From an uncultured archaeon (GTDB lineage Archaea > Thermoproteota > EX4484-205 > JAAOZP01), in contig CALIBN010000012.1 in the NCBI GenBank assembly GCA_938045545.1, forward strand, positions 78,368 to 142,367: 64,000 bases of DNA, read 5' to 3'. Shown piece by piece: positions 9,013-18,633 of this stretch (positions are counted from its first letter, which is position 1; every line of letters starts with the position of its first letter). A model generated the notes under the pieces. The model did not search any database, had not been told where the DNA came from, and saw nothing but the letters and a program-made list of their open reading frames with translations. The translations under genes and the position numbers were made by a program.

Positions 9013-11958
9013 CTATCCTTTAACCACGCCTAGTGGCACTAGCCTAGCAACCTTAAGTGAAATCCCCGCTCTATCTGTGACCTCCACAACCTCGTCAGGA
9101 TCCTTATACGCACCCGGTGCTTCTTCGGCAACAAGGTTCATGTCTGCAACCCTAAGGTAGACACCCCTTTCCTCAAGCATCCCCCTTATCTGCCTGCTCG
9201 TAAACCTCCGCATCGCCTCATGCCTGCTCAGCATCCTTCCGGCACCATGCGCAGTCGAGCCGAAGCTTGCCTCCATCGCAGTCTCAGTCCCAACGAGAAC
9301 CCAGCTTGCTGAGCCCATTGAACCGGGTATTAGAACCGGTTGGCCATACTCTCTATATTTTGAGGGGATATGACTGCTTCCGGGCGGGAAAGATCTAGTC
9401 GCGCCCTTCCTGTGGACGACAACCCTTTTCTTCTCCCCGTTAACCCTGTGGTCCTCAATCTTAGCGATGTTGTGTGCAACATCATACAGAATATTCAAGC
9501 CGAACTCGGAAGCATCCTTTTTGAAAACCTTCGCGAAGCTCTCCCTGACCCAGTGGGTGATAACCTGCCTGTTAAGGAAAGCATAGTTTACGGCGCAAGC
9601 CATAGCAGCAAAGTAGTCCCTGGCCTCGTGGCTCTCAACAGGAACGGCTGCTAGCTCCCTATCCGGCAACCAGATGTTATGCTTCCTGCTAGCCACCTCC
9701 ATTGTTTTAAGATAATCTGAGCAAACCTGATGGCCGTATCCTCGACTTCCCGTATGTATTAATACCACGATCTGACCGGTTCTCTCGATTCCGAATCCTC
9801 TGGCCACTTCCCCGTCGATAATTCTCTCCACGTAATCTATTTCGAGAAAATGGTTTCCGCTTCCCAGGCTGCCCAACTGGGGAAGGCCACGCCTCTTAGC
9901 GGTGACGCTGACCCTGCTCGGGTCCGCTCCCCTTAGGCAGCCGTTCTCCTCGATGAATTCCGCGTCCTCCTTCCAGCCGTATCCCCGCTTAATAGCCCAA
10001 TCGACGCCTTCTCTGACAGCACTATCCAGCTCGTCGAAGCTCATTCTAAGCTTGCCTTCAGAGCCAAGGCCTGAAGGTACATTATGGAATATCTCGTCGA
10101 GAAGCTCTCTCAGAACAGGCTTAACGTTGTCAACATTCAGATTCGTCAGCAGGAGGCGTACGCCACAGTTTGAAACCACGAAGCCGTTGGCTATGAAATT
10201 ATGAACGTCTTCTTTAACAGTAAAATCGTAAACATCTTCGTTGAACAGTAGTTCCTCCTTCTTAACAACCCTATCCCAGACGACGCCTGTTTTGCCGAGA
10301 CCCTTCGTCACTGACTCTAGAAAATCCTCGAAGGAGGGGAGGTTTAACGGTGCTCTCGGAAGACTTTTCCTGCCCTCATATAGAGATCTTTCAATAAACC
10401 TTCTGTTCACGTATTCAGACTCCAGAGCTTCATATATAGTTACATTAGACGAGCCTCCGTTCTTCATAGCGATAGCTACCTGCTGTACGTTTTCTCTAGC
10501 TTTTATCACGCGCATCTTCAGCTTCAAGTAGTGGATGGCGACGTTTGCAAGATGCTTCTTCTCCCTGTTATACTCAAACCCTACTTTACTCCATAGTTTG
10601 ACCAAATTTTTCGGAGAACCGGATATTATTAGGCGGAGCCTGGTTGAAACACCTTGTTTCCCTTTAACCGCTTCAGGCTCCATGGTTATTTTCTTAACTT
10701 TAACTCCGAATTCTCTTAAAAGGAGGGCGATTTGCTTAAGGAGCTTTACGCCGGCTTCCTCACGACCCTTTTTCTTGTTAAGGCACAGGACAGGCATATA
10801 GAAGTTAAATGGATTTGCTGTGACTGTTTTTGGCTTAGAAAGCTCTGCTCCGAAGAACGCGGCGAGGAAAAGCCTCTTCTGCCAGAGAGGAAGCCGGAAT
10901 AGCCATTCAGGCAACGCATAGTTCTGCGAGGTCTTGTTTCCCAAGGGAACACCCATTGCAGCCATAAGCGAGATAAGGCTCCTTGAACAAACCTTAATGC
11001 TGTGCTCAATCGTTGTAAAATCATACTTGCCGTATTTAGTTTCAACCCTGTGTCTTCTAGCTCTTGAATAGATTTTAGAAGGTTTGAAGCCTACGCGTAA
11101 AATATCACTCCCTATATCCTCTAAGTCCTCAGGCCCGGCGAAGAACCAAGCTGCATGACTCTTCTCGGTATACAGGAGCACGCCGTCACCGAGTATAAAG
11201 CCCATTAGCTTAAGCAGATATGGAAACTTACTGTTGTCGCTCCTCAATGGGAGAAGCCCTCTTTTCCTAAGTTCAGAGATCACTAGCTCTTTTCGGCCGG
11301 GAACCTTAAGACGCTTTATATCTTCCTCAGACACTATAGTTATGGGCTCAGCACTTTCATACAATACTCCTTCAAAAGGGTAGACAGCCACATCCTCACA
11401 TCCTATCTCGCTCAACGGCACCATCCCCCGACGTGTGAGGAAAGGATGGTCCTCCGTAGCTATTATCTCCCTGCCCGATTCTGTTTCAACCCTGAAAACC
11501 CTCCGGTTTGGACGAATCTTAATGAAACGCATTATCTCAGTAGGTTTGACACCCTTCTCAAGACTAACGCACGTAACCCGTTCACTGTTCCAACTCTTTA
11601 AGAACCCCTTAATGGGAAGCCTATAGCCATGTTCGTGAAGAATCAGGCTGTCCCCGGATAGGCAGTTAATGTCGTAACCCACTCCACCGGGCGACACAAC
11701 TCCATCTTTAACGTCGAAAGCACCGACTCCTCCTATTGGGAAACCGTATCCTTCGTGTCCGTCGGGGAGAATGATTGAACTCTTATATATTCCTGGAAGC
11801 GTTGCCACGTTTAAACCTTGTTCAACAGTCTTATCCTGGGTCATTTTCTGCAAGAGTGTTTCGTTCGCGAAAATTTTAAGCGGCACCCGCATCCCCTTTT
11901 TAGCTCCCACATCTACTCGATACTCTACGTCTGAAACCTTTTCAAACCTGTAGCTCAT
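9013..11958 (-). CDS. rtcB: RtcB 3'-phosphate/5'-OH RNA (tRNA-splicing) ligase precursor with intein; about 482 aa after splicing
   Basis: PDGHEGYGFPIGGV, GYDIN/CGVR, GSGNHF, HTGSRG, HRKGAT, STAHGAGR, AYKD. Confidence 0.97.
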   Translation of the reverse strand: MSYRFEKVSDVEYRVDVGAKKGMRVPLKIFANETLLQKMTQDKTVEQGLNVATLPGIYKSSIILPDGHEGYGFPIGGVGAFDVKDGVVSPGGVGYDINCLSGDSLILHEHGYRLPIKGFLKSWNSERVTCVSLEKGVKPTEIMRFIKIRPNRRVFRVETESGREIIATEDHPFLTRRGMVPLSEIGCEDVAVYPFEGVLYESAEPITIVSEEDIKRLKVPGRKELVISELRKRGLLPLRSDNSKFPYLLKLMGFILGDGVLLYTEKSHAAWFFAGPEDLEDIGSDILRVGFKPSKIYSRARRHRVETKYGKYDFTTIEHSIKVCSRSLISLMAAMGVPLGNKTSQNYALPEWLFRLPLWQKRLFLAAFFGAELSKPKTVTANPFNFYMPVLCLNKKKGREEAGVKLLKQIALLLREFGVKVKKITMEPEAVKGKQGVSTRLRLIISGSPKNLVKLWSKVGFEYNREKKHLANVAIHYLKLKMRVIKARENVQQVAIAMKNGGSSNVTIYEALESEYVNRRFIERSLYEGRKSLPRAPLNLPSFEDFLESVTKGLGKTGVVWDRVVKKEELLFNEDVYDFTVKEDVHNFIANGFVVSNCGVRLLLTNLNVDNVKPVLRELLDEIFHNVPSGLGSEGKLRMSFDELDSAVREGVDWAIKRGYGWKEDAEFIEENGCLRGADPSRVSVTAKRRGLPQLGSLGSGNHFLEIDYVERIIDGEVARGFGIERTGQIVVLIHTGSRGYGHQVCSDYLKTMEVASRKHNIWLPDRELAAVPVESHEARDYFAAMACAVNYAFLNRQVITHWVRESFAKVFKKDASEFGLNILYDVAHNIAKIEDHRVNGEKKRVVVHRKGATRSFPPGSSHIPSKYREYGQPVLIPGSMGSASWVLVGTETAMEASFGSTAHGAGRMLSRHEAMRRFTSRQIRGMLEERGVYLRVADMNLVAEEAPGAYKDPDEVVEVTDRAGISLKVARLVPLGVVKG
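10168..11664 (-). mobile_element. LAGLIDADG intein in RtcB (499 aa)
   Basis: Starts CLSGD after GYDIN, ATEDHPF block B, LMGFILGDG and FLAAFFGAE motifs, ends VYDFTV..FVVSN before catalytic Cys of CGVR. Confidence 0.95.
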
Positions 11959-11963
11959 TTCTC

Positions 11964-12005
11964 GGGATCACCCTTTAGGGTTTCCAGATTTCCCCGGGTG
12001 ACCCC
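11964..12005 (-). promoter_or_regulatory. BHB/BHL-type hairpin in rtcB 5' UTR that sequesters the GGUGA Shine-Dalgarno
   Basis: Minus-strand RNA GGGGUCACCC GGGG AAA UCUGGAAA CCCU AAA GGGUGAUCCC GAGAA AUG; promoter gaaaac-tttaataa at 12063-12050 puts it inside the transcript. Confidence 0.75.
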
Positions 12006-12290
12006 CAGGGACTCAACCTTAAAACTATGGTCTTCTTCTGCTTCTGGGATTATTAAAGTTTTCTACCAAGTCTTGCTGTAGGCTTCCTTGGCCTTTGGAA
12101 TTCTTAATCTTTAGGTTGAGTTGTGAAAGATAGAAGTGCAGGAGAGTAGGAAACACCGGTCGTTGGGGCAAGATATATTTTAAGCCTTTTGGCATTTCTA
12201 GATTGCGAGCAGTTCAAACGAAATAAAAGGGTGATTAAGTTTGAAAGACTTCAACTTTAATAGTAGCCTAGGTGTTTCGTAACCGTAAGC

Positions 12291-14190
12291 ATGCTGAAAA
12301 TGCGATGCGAAGCACCAGCCAAAAAATCCTTGCCAATTTCATCAATGCAGCCTAACAAAAACACGAAAGAAAAAATGTGGGTATACTACTTAATTCTTGT
12401 GGTTCTCATAGCCGCTTTACTTCTAATCCTCCGGCAGCTTTATATAGAACAACTACTCTATCTAAAAGAAACTCTGAAAGAACCTATGGAGCCTGCGAAA
12501 CTCTCTTTCGCTGAAGTTCAATTATCTAACTAGAATCCTAGGGTTTATGAGCTTGTAGAGGTGAACATCAGACTCGATGGCAACATAAGCGATCCGTTTG
12601 ATGAAAACGAGGTGAGTATAAAATCTGAGGTAGTTCTTCCAGATGGTAGGAAATGGAATATTCAAGCCTTCTTTTACCAAGATTATGAGAGAAGCCTCGC
12701 GAACGATATGGAGGTCTTGGTTCCCTCAGGAAAGCCATATTGGAAGTTGAGGTTTACACCCATATTAGAGGGGGAGTATTCTGTGAATTTATACGTCTAT
12801 TCTAGAGGTAGACCTATGGATTCATATGAACTATCTTTAGGCGCGAGTGGTTATTCGCATGACGCGGGTTTTGTAAGGTTAAAAGATAATTACCTAGTTT
12901 GTGATAACGGATCCGACCTTTTTCTAATCGGTCAGAATGTTTGTTAGTATGGCCCATCTAAGAAAACATACGATTATGACATTTGGTTGGAAAAATGGCG
13001 GAGAATGGTATGAATTACGCAAGAATATGGATGGCCCCTTGGGCGTTTGCAGTAGAGTGGAATAATAAGGCAGGCAAGTATGATTTGAAAGAGGCATGGA
13101 GACTAGACTATATCCTAAGGCTTGCGGAGGAGAAGGGAATATACTTGATGCTGTGCCTAGTCAACCATGGGCAACTTAGGGAAAGCGATAACTGGAGTGG
13201 GAATCCTTATAATAAGGCTAGGGTAGGACCATTATCCTCGCCTGAGAAATTCTTCATGGATTCTACTGCAAAGGACCTTTTCAAGAAAAGGCTTAGATAC
13301 TTAGTCTCAAGATATGCTTACAGCACCCATCTGTTAGCCTGGGAGTTTTTCAACGAAGTCGAGTTAACAGACAACTATAACCCTTCCAACGTGGCGAACT
13401 GGCATAAAGAGATGGCGGACTACTTGAGAAGCATCGACCCATATAAACATTTAATCACTACAAGTTTCGGGGGACCAAGGGAAGGAGATCTAATTCGGAG
13501 AACATTCGGTTTAGATTCCACGCAGACGCACATGTATGGTCCAGACGTTAAGGATCTTGCAGGAGTGATTTCACGCGAAATAAAAAGGAAGCTATCAACA
13601 TATGGAAAGCCAACCCTATTCGGAGAATTTGGCGCCGACTGGAGATGGTTCGACTCCCCATTATATTATAAGGATAAGGAAGGTGTCGAGGTCCATGAGG
13701 GTATATGGGCCTCTCTTATGAGCGGATCCTTTGGAACAGCGATGTTATGGTGGTGGGATGTTTACGTCGACCCATATAACCTATACTATCATTACAATGC
13801 TTTGAGAAAATTCGTGGCAAAACATTAGCTTCAGCAGATCCGGATTTACTGAGCTCAAGTATAGGCTGGTTGACAATAAGAAGATTAATGCGTCGAACAT
13901 TAATTTCGAGATTTTTGGTCTTAGAAACGAAACGTTCGCAATGGGTTGGGTGAGAAACAAAGATTACAACTGGTTTAATGCTATCAGCAACGTTACTCTT
14001 AAGCTAGTTGGAGGAATGATGTAGAGTTCGTAGAATTTAACCCGGGAAGCTACTTATTGGAGGTATGGAATACGTATACTGGGGAAAGAACGGGACTTAG
14101 CAAAATAGAATCCGCTAACGGTAAGCTTGTGGTGGAGATTCCTTCTTTTCTTAAAGACATATCCTTTAAAGTAATCATGGTTGAAAAATA
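12291..14190 (+). pseudogene. Disrupted DUF5060/GH5-like glycoside hydrolase
   Basis: In-frame TAG at 12531 and 12945 (NVC-W codon), frameshifts near 12985, 13825 and 14020; WEFFNE and GEFG catalytic motifs remain. Confidence 0.85.
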
Positions 14191-14243
14191 AGGTGGCCTC
14201 TTCATAAGCTTTATAATACTGCTGGAGGTTTCATACGCAGAGT

Positions 14244-14726
14244 ATGAAACAGCTTGTCGTCTATTATTCGAGGACAGGGACCACGAGGAGGGTTGCACAG
14301 GCCATCGCGGAGGTTTTAAAATGCGATGCTGAGGAAATACGGGATTTGAAGAATAGGGCTGGTGTCTTTGGCTGGCTGAGTTCAGGCATGGATGCGACCA
14401 TGAAGAGGCTAACCAAGATAGCGAAGCCTGAGAAGCCCCCTGAGCTTTACGAATTAATAATAATCGGCACTCCCGTATGGAACAGTACTATGTCAACACC
14501 TATCAGAACGTACATAGTGGAATACAGGGATCGGTTTAAACAAGTCGCGTTCTTCTGCACCCAATACGGTTCCAAGAGCGATGCGTTAAAAGAAATGGAA
14601 GCCCTTTGCGGCAGAAAACCGGTTGCAACGCTTATGCTGAGGAGAAGACGAGTAGAAACTGGAGAGTATGCTGACTTGGTTAAGCAATTCTGCACCTATA
14701 TAACTCGGCGACCAGTGATCTCTTGA
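14244..14726 (+). CDS. Flavodoxin-like protein
   Basis: YYSRTGTT, IGTPVW, VAFFCT. Confidence 0.85.
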   Translation: MKQLVVYYSRTGTTRRVAQAIAEVLKCDAEEIRDLKNRAGVFGWLSSGMDATMKRLTKIAKPEKPPELYELIIIGTPVWNSTMSTPIRTYIVEYRDRFKQVAFFCTQYGSKSDALKEMEALCGRKPVATLMLRRRRVETGEYADLVKQFCTYITRRPVIS

Positions 14727-15004
14727 TAAAAGTTTTGCTGAAATCGCTCTCTTAAGAAAAAATTGGGAAGGCTAGCAATTAGGGTACTACTGACAAGTAT
14801 GACCTAGACGCCCCGAGTTCCAACACCATTTTTCCGAAACTTCTGTCTCTATCTTATCCCCAGTCATTTTCTGCAGCAGTATTTTCGTTTACGAATATTC
14901 AGAAAACACGGCATACTGAGAGATCCTATAAATTGCTCTGAAAACCTAGTTTTTCAAAATTTCTTTCCCAAAACCAATTTAAAGCCAGGAGAAGAGTGAT
15001 AACG

Positions 15005-15324
15005 GTGATACTATTAGAAGAAGTTAACAGTAAAATTGAAGAAGCAATCGTACACGCATTGGCTCATAAGGCTAGGCGTAACCCTCTGAGGATTGTTCGC
15101 TCTAGTGAAGGCGGTGATTCTACATCGAGTTGCTTAACGAGCCTGGATTACTTGAGAGGAAAATAAACTATCGCCTTAGACAGCTTAAAGGATTGGTTGA
15201 GAAGACTGACGAGAAGAAATACGTTTTAACGCCCCTTGGAGAGAGCAATAAATCTTTTCAATTGTACGAGAGGACGGCGTCTACGAGCCTTATGTCAAAA
15301 TCCGGAGTTTACTCAAAGAAGTAA
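15005..15324 (+). pseudogene. Frameshifted ArsR-like winged-helix regulator
   Basis: ALAHKARR..LRIV then frameshift near 15118 into LLNE..KINYRLRQLKGLVEK..YVLTPLG. Confidence 0.6.
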
Positions 15325-15544
15325 TATTCACCCGTTGTGTGCCGGTTCCTTTATATGAGTGTCGTAAGTATTCCGGTAGTGTACGCCGAAAGAGGTTTCT
15401 ACAAAACCTCTTTGCGCACGCACTTTGTTTTCCAGCGTGGAGCCTGAAAAAGAGCCTCTAATACTTGAAGAAGCAGCATAAATTAAATACAAGCGAGGCC
15501 CATATCTATTTTGGTTTAAAAACCGCTTTTAGCCCAAATTAAAC

Positions 15545-16198
15545 ATAACCTTGTTACCTGCAGCTCTCATCCTTAGGAATAGGACAACCAGCTCTTTAAC
15601 ATCCCCCTCGTCTAAGAGCGCGATCTCCCTTAGCGAATGCTTTTCCTCCAAGCTTCTGATGAACTCATTGCCAAGGAAATATCCTGTCTGCTTTATTCCC
15701 TTCCCAAGATCCGAAGAAATCTCTCATCTGAGACTTAGATTCCGGTTTTTCAACTCCCTCGCCAAACCGCTTCTATGCGCTTTATACCAGTTACTCAGTC
15801 ATCATCCTGAGCCTGATGCCAACTCTTCCTTCCTAATGAAACATGTTCACATTTTTTGGCAAAGCCTTCAATTTATGGTAGGACCAGGGATCCCGCTCCA
15901 TTTCCTTAAAACGCTCCCACTCGTTCCTCCATGCCATATGAGCGAGGTGCTCGATTTCGTGAACCATAAGGCCTTGAAGCCTATTCATCATCAGTATGTT
16001 CTCTGAAAGCCTTGAGAAAACCTTCTCTCTTGCAATTGTCCTCCAGTCTAAGCCTTCACCCTCATAGTTCTCCAATTGTTTCCTCAGCAACTCAGGGTAC
16101 TTCTCCATGTACGATGCCTGCCAGAGATGGATTTGATGCTCCATGTCCATTGAGGAGGCAGTATACCAGTAAGTTAAGGAAGTTTTCATACGTGTCAA
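15545..16198 (-). pseudogene. Degraded metalloprotease-like gene
   Basis: 121 aa fragment with HEIEH; downstream fragment TGYFLGNEFIRSLEEK separated by stops or frameshifts. Confidence 0.5.
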
Positions 16199-16351
16199 TC
16201 ATTTTAACCCTTAGGCTCATCTCATCGTTACCAGTTAAACGTGGGCCTTCTTATCTTTATTGATCTTTTTAAAAAGCACATGCAAGAAGGCTGTGTTCCC
16301 ACAGAATTTTTCAAGCTTAATGAAATTGGGAAACAGGTGGCAGGGTAACCA

Positions 16352-17839
16352 TTAGGAGAAGAGGCGAAGCCATTTTGCAATCCGTTCCACGAGGAAAATG
16401 ACTGTTTTCAAAGAGATTTTTACAAAGGGGTTTGTTTTGTTAAAGTACCATCCTGAGAGATCCTTTATCCAGTGGAGGTCATGCTTCAAGCAAGCCTTCA
16501 TCACCTCCAGCTGTATCCCGGTAGGCCTAACCCTGTACCATTCCCCGTTCTTAAGAACACCCATGGGCACGAAATACATCGGTACTATCAGGCTTCTAAA
16601 CCCTTTAAGCTCGTCTATAAGCTCAAGGGTTTTAACAAGGTCCTCAGGTTTCTCCTGGGGCATGCCAATTATTATTGTTGCTGCAGGCACTATTCTAGAC
16701 TCGTGCATTATGGAAAAAGCCTCTTTCACGATGCCCGGCCAAGACTCCGCTGGGTAGGGAGCAGCTTTCGCAGGCATTGTTTTTTCAGCCAGCCTCGGGG
16801 ACCCTGTTTCAACACCGACTTCAACCCCTATGTAGTCATGCTCATCCTGAAGAATTATTTCAGATAGGCGTGTTATGAGGGAATGATTCTCCTGGGCATA
16901 CTTGATTGCAGAGAGGCTCACGTGGCTCCATCCGACAACCTTGAAAAGCCGCCTCGCCATCTGATGCAGCCTTATCAACGGTTCAGGCTTCGGCTTGACT
17001 CCGTCAGCCCCATATAGCAGAATGTCTTCAGCATGCAGGAGACACCTGTCTAGCCCGCAAGCCTTATTCACCTGAAGCTCCTTCTCAATCATTTCAAGGG
17101 GGTACTGCCTCAAGGGTCTTAGAGTTACTGAGCAAAACCTGCATCCCCTTGGGCAGCCCCTCATTATTTCAACCAGCCCGTTTACCGAGGCATTTTTAAT
17201 CGTAGGGATCTCGTTGAGCGTTGGAGCATCTTGGATGCCGACGTGCACATACCTCGGAAGAGGCTTGCCTTCAAGCACATGCTGCACGAGTGAAACCATA
17301 ACCTTCTCAGCCTCTCCCTCAACAACCGTGTCCACGCCCCATTTCTCAGCGTACTCGGGCATCCAGAGCCACTGCCACGCGGCGGGCCCGCCAACGATTA
17401 TCTTAAGCCCGTTTTTCTTAGCCGCCCTTATCTCAGGCTTCTCCATAAACCTTTTGAAATACTTTGAGTTAACCGGCTCCTTCCCAGTTAGAACCCACCA
17501 TTCGCTGCTCGGAGGCCCGAGCGCGAAATAATCATGGTGACCTATTCCAAGAACCTTAGCGTTTTTCAAGTGTTTCCCAAGATAATCAGGGTCTATCACA
17601 GCGGTCTTAATGCCTGCTTCAAGCAGTGCAGCCTCTATTTTCCTAAGCCCATACGGGGCCTCTAAGGGTCTTCCTAAATCATCCACCTTCACCCTGGGGG
17701 CGGCGACAGCCATCCAAACCCTTTCCGGAACCATAACCGGCGGACCGGTTGCTAGGAAGCCTAGAAACTCTTTACCGTGGTGGTTACTCATGAGGGTTCT
17801 GTCGACGGAAAGCACCACGTCGAAACGTTCGCCGACCAT
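16352..17839 (-). CDS. grsA: B12-binding radical SAM enzyme, GDGT ring synthase GrsA-like
   Basis: CPRGCRFC; N-terminal DRTLMSNHHGKEFLGF, APYGLRKIEA and HHDYFALGPPSS match my recollection of Sulfolobus GrsA. Confidence 0.75.
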   Translation of the reverse strand: MVGERFDVVLSVDRTLMSNHHGKEFLGFLATGPPVMVPERVWMAVAAPRVKVDDLGRPLEAPYGLRKIEAALLEAGIKTAVIDPDYLGKHLKNAKVLGIGHHDYFALGPPSSEWWVLTGKEPVNSKYFKRFMEKPEIRAAKKNGLKIIVGGPAAWQWLWMPEYAEKWGVDTVVEGEAEKVMVSLVQHVLEGKPLPRYVHVGIQDAPTLNEIPTIKNASVNGLVEIMRGCPRGCRFCSVTLRPLRQYPLEMIEKELQVNKACGLDRCLLHAEDILLYGADGVKPKPEPLIRLHQMARRLFKVVGWSHVSLSAIKYAQENHSLITRLSEIILQDEHDYIGVEVGVETGSPRLAEKTMPAKAAPYPAESWPGIVKEAFSIMHESRIVPAATIIIGMPQEKPEDLVKTLELIDELKGFRSLIVPMYFVPMGVLKNGEWYRVRPTGIQLEVMKACLKHDLHWIKDLSGWYFNKTNPFVKISLKTVIFLVERIAKWLRLFS

Positions 17840-17841
17840 TC

Positions 17842-18099
17842 CTACGGCACCGTTACTTCCTCATCGTAAGCCTCCGGATCCCTTTTCTCACCACTATAAA
17901 CCATGATGGTTGCCCAAACGTTCTTGTTTGAAAGAGGCCTAATCGCCTCCAGAAGCTCTCTGCACTTAAACCCCTGCATGTCGATGGTTATGCTTCTGTA
18001 TTTCGTAAGCAAAGGAACAAGCTTCTTAACCAATCCTCCGGTCTCACCCAAATAATTCTCCTTCCTAACGGTAACGTGAAGCCTTTTATCGTTGCCCAT
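17842..18099 (-). CDS. Small hypothetical protein in grsA operon
   Basis: Packed between the wHTH gene and grsA with 0-2 bp gaps; preceded by GAGGTG SD. Confidence 0.65.
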   Translation of the reverse strand: MGNDKRLHVTVRKENYLGETGGLVKKLVPLLTKYRSITIDMQGFKCRELLEAIRPLSNKNVWATIMVYSGEKRDPEAYDEEVTVP

Positions 18100-18510
18100 T
18101 TAAACCACCTCTTCTAGGATTTTTTCGAAACGCTGCAATACCTTGTACTTCGCGTAATCCTTGATGAACTGAGAAACCTCTTCTTCGACAAGCCTCCTGT
18201 ATATTGAAATGTATTTTAAAGCGATTCGCGCAGCCTTCCTCCTGCTGAGCCTCTCCTCTAGCCTCTCCTCACTCATCTTTTCCAAAACTTTGATTACAAC
18301 GCTCTCAGCCATGATTATCTTTCTCTGCCTATGTTTCGGGTCTCTGGCGATTCTTAAAACGCCTTTCCGTGAAAGATTCTGAACCTCTCTGGAAAGCACT
18401 ACTCTTGATAGTTTCCCTTTAAGTCTGTCGGCCAGCCTGTTAAACGAGGTCCCGCCCGGATGGCTCGCCACTTCGTCTATTATCCTTCCCTGGATATGGG
18501 TTAAGCTCAT
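18100..18510 (-). CDS. Winged-helix transcriptional regulator
   Basis: SFNRLADRLKGKLSRVVLSREVQNLSRKGVL HTH; start re-called at ATG 18510, about 30 bp below TATA 18541-18548. Confidence 0.75.
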   Translation of the reverse strand: MSLTHIQGRIIDEVASHPGGTSFNRLADRLKGKLSRVVLSREVQNLSRKGVLRIARDPKHRQRKIIMAESVVIKVLEKMSEERLEERLSRRKAARIALKYISIYRRLVEEEVSQFIKDYAKYKVLQRFEKILEEVV

Positions 18511-18633
18511 CGTGAAAAACCGGTACATCAATGAACCGGTATTTAAATATATCGGTAATTATTCTGGACACTCAAGATGGTCTAGTTCGCGCCGGCCCCT
18601 GTCAATCCGTGCACACCGCCGTAATCCCTACGG

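Noticed and set aside
12531-12947. Two in-frame TAG codons suggesting pyrrolysine or stop recoding
   Set aside because: The same gene has frameshifts, one TAG replaces an expected Trp codon, and TAG is a normal stop elsewhere in the window
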